From: Oligoflexia bacterium
GTDB lineage: Bacteria > Bdellovibrionota > UBA1018
Length of the DNA: 19,530 nucleotides
NCBI GenBank assembly: GCA_043732485.1
Contig: JAYTHP010000021.1
Span: forward strand, 1-19,530
Direction of reading: 5' to 3'
The translations under genes were made by a program, and so were the position numbers. How positions within the stretch are numbered: the first letter of the stretch is position 1; the number at the start of each line of letters is the position of its first letter. Positions 1 through 6,754 of this stretch are shown here, one piece after another. Below the pieces are notes generated by a model. It was not told the origin of the DNA, ran no database searches, and saw only the letters and a program-made list of their open reading frames with translations.

Positions 1-15
1 CTGCGCCACACCCCG
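1..15 (-). tRNA. Probable tRNA-Pro, 5' end only (truncated by the window edge)
   Basis: Reverse complement of 1-15 is CGGGGTGTGGCGCAG, matching the typical acceptor strand, U8 and D-arm start of bacterial tRNA-Pro. Only 15 nt are visible and the anticodon is outside the window. Confidence 0.5.
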
Positions 16-407
16 AAAAAAACTCAAACGCGTCGTCTTGTTAGATCATGCGGCTGACCCGTGTCAGGCTCGCGAGCCTTCCTTGAAGCGCAAAGGTGCT
101 CCAGGGATTGAGTGTACTGGATTTGCGGAGAAAAGTGAAAGGAAGAAAAGAGTGTGAGCTAAGCGAATCCCTCTTTTCTGGCCCCGCCCACCCAAAAGTC
201 ACTCAAACCCGCCGAGCGTCCCTCCCCCTACCTCTCCATCATCCTAGTGGCCACCGACACACCATCCCAGCCAGAGAGAGCTAAGCTCCGGAGCTTCGTT
301 GGAGATTTGCATCAGGGCACTTGCCTTTCTTGCGCCTGGCGATCAAACTTAAAAGAAGGGGCTGCGATGGTTGGCAAACCCCACACCAGCATCAGGGGGG
401 ATGATTT

Positions 408-1310
408 ATGGGGATTCGATTAGAAGGAAGCGGGCGGGAGGAGCGACCTCAACGAAGTGTGGTCGTCGGTGGTGGTGGTAATGGTGGTCAAGAAGCCTCA
501 CGTTGGTTAGATTTTCAGCCGGTGAGTGAGGGGCTGGGGTTTCATCCGTTTGCCGATGGCTTGCCGTATGCGCCACTCGTTAAAACCCCTTATCCTGGCA
601 CCGGCTTCAAGTCTGCTGGTGCCGGTGCGGTGGCTGAGCGCGACGCTGAGCGAGTGCGGTTTACTTTGGCCCGCGAAAAATTACGGCAGGTGCCTGCCTC
701 GCAGCCGCGGGCGCATCAGCCCCGCCCCAGCCCTGCTCAAGGCAGTAGCCTCACCCACGTTCCCCAGTTGTCCCCGCTGCAAGAGCGCCTTTACCTACAG
801 CAACGGGAGGGGGCGTCGATTGCCCCCTTGGGTTGGCGGTATCTCTTGTGCCGATCGCTCGCCCACACCGCGGATCTGGGGGTGAACGTGCTTTTAGGGT
901 GTCTTTTCCTGATTGGAGGGGGAGGAGGTGGCGGGTTGCTTACCTTGCCTCAGCGGGCGCGCGAAGATGAGTTGCTTGCGGTGCTTTTGCTGGTGAGTGC
1001 GGTGAGTTGGCATTGGCTGAGTCTTTTTTTGCAAGATCTGAGCTTTCGCACGAGTGTGGGAAAGGCTTTATGGGGTTTATCCTTGCAAGGCAGTCGCTTT
1101 GCCATTTTGGTGCGCTCACTTTTCTTGATTCCCAGCGCAGGGCTGTGTGGTATCGGATTGTTCTCAGGGCTGCTCGATCCGGAAGGCAAATGCTGGCATG
1201 ACCGCATGGCAGATTTGCAGCCGTTGCCTGGGTGGGGCACAACGGGTGCACGCCTGAGCGAGCGCAAAAGAGAGACAAAGGGATCCACGGACACCAGAGG
1301 AGGCTCGTGA
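408..1310 (+). CDS. RDD-family membrane protein with a long disordered N-terminus
   Basis: 300 aa ORF with a G-rich SD-like run upstream. C-terminal half has RDD-like features: R..A..D (RSLAHTAD), hydrophobic helices, [10 protein letters not shown] and a terminal WHDRMA. Confidence 0.65.
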   Translation: MGIRLEGSGREERPQRSVVVGGGGNGGQEASRWLDFQPVSEGLGFHPFADGLPYAPLVKTPYPGTGFKSAGAGAVAERDAERVRFTLAREKLRQVPASQPRAHQPRPSPAQGSSLTHVPQLSPLQERLYLQQREGASIAPLGWRYLLCRSLAHTADLGVNVLLGCLFLIGGGGGGGLLTLPQRAREDELLAVLLLVSAVSWHWLSLFLQDLSFRTSVGKALWGLSLQGSRFAILVRSLFLIPSAGLCGIGLFSGLLDPEGKCWHDRMADLQPLPGWGTTGARLSERKRETKGSTDTRGGS

Positions 1311-1807
1311 TGACACTGGAGATGAAACGTGCGACGAGACTTGCGGCATCAAAAATTTTTGCGCCTGACGCTTTAGTGCCCATCAGAGGGAGTCTGTCGG
1401 GGGTGGTTTTTACCAACGGGTGTTTTGATTTGCTGCACTCGGGGCACGTCGCTTACCTTGAGCAAGCCCGCGCCTTGGGGGGAGCTTTGATCGTGGCTTT
1501 AAATACCGATCGCTCGGTGGCGGAGCTGAAAGGCCCGACTCGTCCTTTGAATCCCCTGCAGGCGCGTATGATTGTGCTGGCCGCGTTAGAGTCGGTCGAT
1601 TACGTCACCTGGTTTGATGAGCCCACCCCCCTTGCCTTGATTCAGCGGTTGCAGCCGGAGTGGATCACCAAGGGCGGCGATTGGGCACCTGAGAGTATCG
1701 TCGGTGCGCAAGAAGCTCGCGCCTGGGGCGGGAGCGTCAAAAGTTTGCCGTTTTTAGCGGGCCATAGCACCACGGCGACGATTGCCAAAGCGCGCACTTT
1801 TCCGTGA
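1310..1807 (+). CDS. rfaE2: D-glycero-beta-D-manno-heptose 1-phosphate adenylyltransferase (stand-alone HldE/RfaE domain II)
   Basis: Motifs [14 protein letters not shown] (HxGH), [21 protein letters not shown] and GHSTT. Start moved from 1232 to ATG 1310, which has GGAGG at 1299-1303 and a TGATG overlap with the upstream stop. Confidence 0.92.
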   Translation: MTLEMKRATRLAASKIFAPDALVPIRGSLSGVVFTNGCFDLLHSGHVAYLEQARALGGALIVALNTDRSVAELKGPTRPLNPLQARMIVLAALESVDYVTWFDEPTPLALIQRLQPEWITKGGDWAPESIVGAQEARAWGGSVKSLPFLAGHSTTATIAKARTFP

Positions 1808-1878
1808 GGGGGGGAGCCGGCGGCGGAGGTCGCAACGACCCCAGGCAAAGATTGCCTCTTTTGCTTTCCAGGCAGGCT

Positions 1879-1887
1879 TGGTAAACT
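1879..1887 (+). promoter_or_regulatory. Extended -10 promoter element (TGgTAAACT) 6 nt upstream of ATG 1894
   Basis: TGn plus TAnnnT consensus with no SD between it and the start codon. Confidence 0.45.
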
Positions 1888-1893
1888 GAAAAA

Positions 1894-2295
1894 ATGATGG
1901 CAATCAGTTCCCTGGAAGACAGTTCAGCAGGCAGCTATGCCGCTTTAAGGCGACAAGAGGCGCAGGCGCTTGCTGCCACTGAGAAAAAGATTCACCAAGA
2001 GGTGGCGCAAGTCAGTCAAAACGGGGAAACCCAGGTGAAAGCGCTGGAAAAAGATTACGAAGTGAAGATCTCCCAGATTGCAGCTGATCAGGCCAAGGAG
2101 CTGGCCTTGATGCGGCAAGCCCATGAGCAGCGAGTTCAGTCAGAAAAACAGACCTATGAAAAAGAGTTTGAAGGCATGCGCACCCGAGAGCGCTTGCGAA
2201 TGGACGAGTACCGTAAGAATCAAGAAGAAGCCCTCGGGCGGGCGCGGCAAGAGTACCAGGCGGCTTTAGACGAGACCAAAAAAGCACAGCGTTAG
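1894..2295 (+). CDS. Hypothetical coiled-coil protein
   Basis: 133 aa, strongly E/Q/K/A/R-rich and without proline. Fills the gap between neighbouring genes. Confidence 0.75.
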   Translation: MMAISSLEDSSAGSYAALRRQEAQALAATEKKIHQEVAQVSQNGETQVKALEKDYEVKISQIAADQAKELALMRQAHEQRVQSEKQTYEKEFEGMRTRERLRMDEYRKNQEEALGRARQEYQAALDETKKAQR

Positions 2296-2312
2296 CGAAA
2301 AACGGCCGCCGC

Positions 2313-2813
2313 TTACTTGGGACCGCGTAAAAAACGTAAGCCGCGATCGAAAAAAGCCACACTCGGCAAAGCCAGGCCATAGCAGAGAAACACGACTAAG
2401 GCGCCTGCGCTGGGAAGATGCGCCACACTGATTTCTGGAAACGATTGTAAGAAAAGGTTCCAGGAAAAAATCCAGCTTAAAATCCCCCAAACCCAACCCA
2501 CCGGGATCAAGACCTTCATACTGTTGACGGAGGTGAAATGGGCATAAATCACGCCCCAAAAAAGTGCTAAGCTTTCAAACACCAGAATACCCGCGCGAAT
2601 GCCTTCGGATTGACCAAATTCGGTGGCTTTGGAGCCGAGCAGAACGGTTCCCATCAGCTTGACGGGCAACCAGCAATCGGGATCGCCTAACGCTTGTGCT
2701 AAAAAAACCGCCACGCTAATGGCCACTCCTCCTGCGGTGAGGCCTGAAAAACAACCAGCGAGCCAGCGAACGGGGTCTCGTTTGAGCCACAGTGCAACGA
2801 TATTGACGTCCAT
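2313..2813 (-). CDS. Hypothetical integral membrane protein (about 4 TM helices)
   Basis: Four hydrophobic segments. Likely start is ATG 2813 (MDVNIVALW) after a purine-rich stretch, rather than GTG 2861. Confidence 0.75.
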   Translation of the reverse strand: MDVNIVALWLKRDPVRWLAGCFSGLTAGGVAISVAVFLAQALGDPDCWLPVKLMGTVLLGSKATEFGQSEGIRAGILVFESLALFWGVIYAHFTSVNSMKVLIPVGWVWGILSWIFSWNLFLQSFPEISVAHLPSAGALVVFLCYGLALPSVAFFDRGLRFLRGPK

Positions 2814-2947
2814 GAACGAATTCTCTTCTTTCTCAATAAAAATTGAAGCCAAACTTCTCACCCGCAGGAAAAACCCTGGGACTAGAAAGAAAGGCTCTTT
2901 TGCAAAATTGATCCCACTTTTTTCATTTTACCTCGTTCCGAGATGAA

Positions 2948-2977
2948 TTGACAGGGTATTTCTTCGTCAGTTACTCT
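2948..2977 (+). promoter_or_regulatory. Sigma70-type promoter
   Basis: Perfect TTGACA (2948-2953), 18 nt spacer, TACTCT (2972-2977), upstream of the amidohydrolase gene. Confidence 0.55.
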
Positions 2978-2980
2978 CAA

Positions 2981-3104
2981 GGAAGGGAGCAGGCTTGAAA
3001 AAAAGCTTTTTCTGGTTTTTCGCAGGCCTTCCGAACCCAGATGGCGGTAAGGGCTGCGATGACCGGAGTGTTCCCTGGCCCAGCAACCTGATCAGCCCCC
3101 CTCC
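2981..3104 (+). ncRNA. Candidate structured RNA or 5' leader (long interrupted hairpin)
   Basis: Nested complementary segments found by eye: 2990-2997/3084-3090, 3010-3017/3061-3068, 3020-3025/3054-3059, 3027-3033/3045-3052, plus imperfect closing pairs 2981-2989/3096-3104. Confidence 0.3.
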
Positions 3105-3134
3105 TCACGAAAAAGACGAAAAGAGATCGCGCGT

Positions 3135-4160
3135 ATGAATCTTCCCTCTCCGTTATCCCCCGTTACTCCAGCTGTCCAGCCAATTATTGACTGCCACATT
3201 CAGGTATTTCCCGATTATTTCCAGCACATGGTGAGTCCGGTTGCGGATCCCTTTCTCTCAAGCGAGCAGGTGCAGTTTTTAAAGCGACAAGCGCGGCAAT
3301 GGATGAAGCCCGTCACGAGCTCGGTGCATCGGTTACAAACCGTCATGCGTTATTTTCCAGAAAGCATGAGACGCAGCCTTGATCAATTGGGAGGACTCAC
3401 CCCGCTGCCAGGCTTGATCATTGAATCGACACTGCAGGATTTACAAGAAGCGATGGCTGAGGCTAGGGTGCAAGCAGCCTGGGTGGTGGCGCAGCCACCG
3501 CTCATTAGTAATGAATTTGTTTTAGAGCTCTGCCGGGCTAATGCCAACTTGTTCCCGGTGGTTAACGTCACGAAGGAGTTTAGCGGGCCAGGAATGGTGT
3601 TACGCCAGTACATCGCGGCGGGAGCAAAGGCGCTCAAGTTGCATCCGGCAATGGACGGGGAGGGTCCAGAAACCCCGCGCTTTCGTGCCCTCTTGCGGGT
3701 GGCAGAAGAGTACGGCCTGCCGGTGATCTTGCACACCGGTTGCTTACAGTGTCAATGGTGGTTTGCCGATCCTGAGTTAGGCCACGCCGAGCGCTTTAGC
3801 GCGTGGTTTGCCAATTATAGCCAGGTCCATTTTATTTTAGCACACATGAATTTTCATAAGCCCAATATTGCCATCGACTTATGCGAGGAGTTTAGCAATA
3901 TTTCGCTGGAAACTTCCTGGCAACCCATTGAGGTGATCAGCGAAGCGGCTAGAAGAATTGGGGCTGAGCGGTTGCTGTTTGGTTCCGACTGGCCCTTTGT
4001 GGGGGCCAACATGTCCGTGGGTGTGAAGCGCATCGGGGAAGGGTTACTCTCGGGCTTACTCTCGCAAACGCAAGCGGAACTGATTTTAGGCAAAAACGCG
4101 CTGAAGATTTTCCCCCTCACCACCACTCACACGAACACTGCCGGTCTGCCCACCGACTAA
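3135..4160 (+). CDS. Amidohydrolase family protein (Amidohydro_2-like TIM barrel)
   Basis: Motifs IIDCH, ALKLHP, LPVILHTG, FILAH, LETS, RLLFGSDWP and ILGKNA. Confidence 0.88.
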   Translation: MNLPSPLSPVTPAVQPIIDCHIQVFPDYFQHMVSPVADPFLSSEQVQFLKRQARQWMKPVTSSVHRLQTVMRYFPESMRRSLDQLGGLTPLPGLIIESTLQDLQEAMAEARVQAAWVVAQPPLISNEFVLELCRANANLFPVVNVTKEFSGPGMVLRQYIAAGAKALKLHPAMDGEGPETPRFRALLRVAEEYGLPVILHTGCLQCQWWFADPELGHAERFSAWFANYSQVHFILAHMNFHKPNIAIDLCEEFSNISLETSWQPIEVISEAARRIGAERLLFGSDWPFVGANMSVGVKRIGEGLLSGLLSQTQAELILGKNALKIFPLTTTHTNTAGLPTD

Positions 4161-4393
4161 AAACGAGCTTTTCAAATAAAGCCAGCGCGGACGGAGCCAT
4201 GCCTCAAGTGAGGTTACCGTTTGCGTTGGATCTGAGACTCTTGGGTTGGCCTTGCCGTCAGCACTGCTACCCCCCACCCCCCCTCGACCCACCCTCTCTC
4301 TTTCTCTTCTTTCCGGTCGCCGCCACCTCATCAGGTCTCAGCTCTCTCTCAGTCAGCTGAGTCAAAGCGGGCCTGAGGAGGGGTCACAGCCTC

Positions 4394-4422
4394 TGGACGG
4401 GAGTGCCGGGGTGTGGTAGCTT
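4394..4422 (+). promoter_or_regulatory. Candidate sigma70 promoter for the HicA-domain gene pair
   Basis: TGGACG (4394-4399), 17 nt spacer, TAGCTT (4417-4422) with an extended -10 TG at 4414-4415. Confidence 0.4.
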
Positions 4423-4609
4423 CTGGCCCTTTGTGCCTTAAGTCGGGGGGGCTCACTTCAAGGAGTCAACCTTCCCTTACCAGGATCGGTTGTCATGCCT
4501 CGTTGATGTGGCTAAACCACTGAGTTCTTTGATAGTTTGAGCGCAAGCCGCAAGGGGTCATCGTTATTTTGAGCCGCAAGCTGGCTCACAAGCAAGAAAG
4601 GCGTGGAGT

Positions 4610-6625
4610 ATGAGTTTTAAGCATCGACTGCAAACGCGTCAGAAAGCGGCGGTCTCAAGAGGTTGCCAGCGAATCTGCGGTCTCACAAAGGGACTGACGC
4701 TGATTGCAGCACTTTTTTTCAGTGCCCAGGCTTTTGCGGTTGAGGCCCATCATCCCCGCCTACAAGCGGCTTACCAAGAAGCCATTGATATTCTTGAAGG
4801 TCGCTCTGATTACTATTCCGACCTTTACCTCTACTTGATCGATCCTCAGGTTCCCGCGCAACAAAAAATGCAGTTTTACCTTGAGATTACCGGTCAAGCT
4901 GGGCTCCCGATTAGGCAACTCCGTGGACCAGAGCTCACCGAATACTTAGCCGATATTCAGTCGCGCGCGCTCCAGGGCACGATGAGTAAGCGGGCCTTAA
5001 TTGAGCTTTTACAGCCTCGCTCACCCGCACAGGCCCAAACCTCAGGGCATGATGTTTGGGCCCATCAGTATTGGGACATGCGGAGCCGGCTCAAGTTTAT
5101 GGAACACTTGGCCTCGCACCGAGTGAGCGAGGAGGGTTTCACGCTTTTGCAAAAAGCCCATAAAGCTTGTGAGCAGGCGTCTCAGCAAAACGCCTCTCAA
5201 GACGCGTTTTCGCAACACGCAGGCCTGCAACAGCAAGCGGCGTTCGGGCGGAGGCTCGAGATCGTCCAGTTTAAGGCCAATTTTCTCTTCATGTGCTTGA
5301 ATCATATTCTTAAAAATATTCAATGGCATGAAAAGAATGCGGAAAAAACTCTCTTTAAGCCTTTGAAGTCTTTGAGTCCCAAGTGCTTAAAGGCTGTCAA
5401 AGAGGCCTCGCGCAGTGCGCGTGAACTCAGCGGTTTTGGGGAAGTGGATGCCATCAGTGAAGCATTAGGCAAGCTTGAACCGGTGGTTGCTCCTGAATGG
5501 CGTGAGGGTGCAGGCAACTGGAGTTTTGTTGATCTTGGCGCGCTGGGTCCAACGGTTTACCCGGAGCTCAATAGAATTCAAGCGAAGTTTTTGCGATTTG
5601 CCAAGACGCTGGGTTGCTTAAAGTTTCGCACCGCTGCGCTGGGGGATCCGGCGCCACGTGAGCTTGAGGCCACCGTCGCGGTGATCGCTTCGCTTTTGAT
5701 CCTAGAGAAGGTTCAGCCCCTCTGGCAAGAGCTGACGATTGCGATTCTCGAAAGTTTGCCGCAAGCTCCTTCGCCGCCGACAACAGTGACAGCGACAACG
5801 ACGACTCCCGCCGCAAGCGGCGGCTTATCTTCTAAGCTATTTGCGGCGCGGCAGGCCAATCAGACAATGGCGCTTCGCTCCTTAATCATTTATAGCTCTC
5901 CGGTTTGGGATCAACTGAATGCCAGATTAAAACGCCTCAAAGGCGAGCTGGTCGCGCTTGAGAACGCGGCTGCTGCTCAAAACTCAGCCCGAGTGCTTCA
6001 CTCGCAGCAAGAATCGCCTCCCGCCAACACCCCCACCCTCACCCCCACGACCTCTTCTTCCCTCCAGTCCCCTTCCCCGTCGGTAGCCTCTTCGTTTACT
6101 CAGCCGGGTCATGCGGAGGCTGGTCAGGCGCAAGGGGGGGTGATGCAAGAGCAAGGCTACGGTTGGCAAAAGTCGCATCTGGATGCCTTGCGCTTGAGTG
6201 AGGCGGTGAGTGAGAAATACAAACTGGAGTTGCAGCGTTTCGCGCTCGAAGCTAAGCAGCAAGCCCTGCAAACAGGGTGTATGCCTCCGACGGAACAGGA
6301 GCTTAAGGTGCAAGTGCGGCTCACAGAGTTCTTTAAAGGATCGCAACACCGCAAGATGCTTGAGAAAATCTTCGATCGCGCGGAAAACGGTGCTTCCTTG
6401 CGCTTTGACGAGCTGGTGGCGTTTGTCAAAGGTCTGGGCGGTGAGGTGACGCAAAGGGGCGGCTCACACTGCACCTTGTCGTTTGATGGGCAAACCACCT
6501 TGCGCTCGGCCAAGGGCTATACTTTTCGGCCGCATGAGGGCGGTGAGATGACCGCCACGGTCAAGGGTTTTCGAAAGTTTTTAGAGCGGGCAGGGATTAG
6601 TCTGGCAAGCGCGGGTCGGGAGTAA
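4610..6625 (+). CDS. Putative exported protein with a C-terminal HicA-like RNase domain (paralog 1)
   Basis: 671 aa. Basic N-region then hydrophobic LTLIAALFFSAQAFA. The last ~90 aa (from 6347) read HRKMLEKIF...LRFDELVAFVKGLGGEV..RGGSH...FRPH...FRKFLERAGI, a HicA-family pattern recognised by eye. Confidence 0.8.
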   Translation: MSFKHRLQTRQKAAVSRGCQRICGLTKGLTLIAALFFSAQAFAVEAHHPRLQAAYQEAIDILEGRSDYYSDLYLYLIDPQVPAQQKMQFYLEITGQAGLPIRQLRGPELTEYLADIQSRALQGTMSKRALIELLQPRSPAQAQTSGHDVWAHQYWDMRSRLKFMEHLASHRVSEEGFTLLQKAHKACEQASQQNASQDAFSQHAGLQQQAAFGRRLEIVQFKANFLFMCLNHILKNIQWHEKNAEKTLFKPLKSLSPKCLKAVKEASRSARELSGFGEVDAISEALGKLEPVVAPEWREGAGNWSFVDLGALGPTVYPELNRIQAKFLRFAKTLGCLKFRTAALGDPAPRELEATVAVIASLLILEKVQPLWQELTIAILESLPQAPSPPTTVTATTTTPAASGGLSSKLFAARQANQTMALRSLIIYSSPVWDQLNARLKRLKGELVALENAAAAQNSARVLHSQQESPPANTPTLTPTTSSSLQSPSPSVASSFTQPGHAEAGQAQGGVMQEQGYGWQKSHLDALRLSEAVSEKYKLELQRFALEAKQQALQTGCMPPTEQELKVQVRLTEFFKGSQHRKMLEKIFDRAENGASLRFDELVAFVKGLGGEVTQRGGSHCTLSFDGQTTLRSAKGYTFRPHEGGEMTATVKGFRKFLERAGISLASAGRE

Positions 6626-6754
6626 GGCGGGGTGGTGTGGGCTCCCTGCAAACGGAGCAAACCTCACCTGAGGCTTGCAGGGAATCCTCAGGGGCTGGCG
6701 CTGAGGACGTTGACAACAACGAGATGAGGGTGAAGATGGACATGAAAGTGGGAC

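Noticed and set aside
96..284. 62 aa ORF at the left end
   Set aside because: GTG start, no motif, and it lies in a probable divergent promoter region.
1232..1309. Longer start for rfaE2
   Set aside because: It lies inside the RDD gene, and ATG 1310 has a good SD and stop-start coupling.
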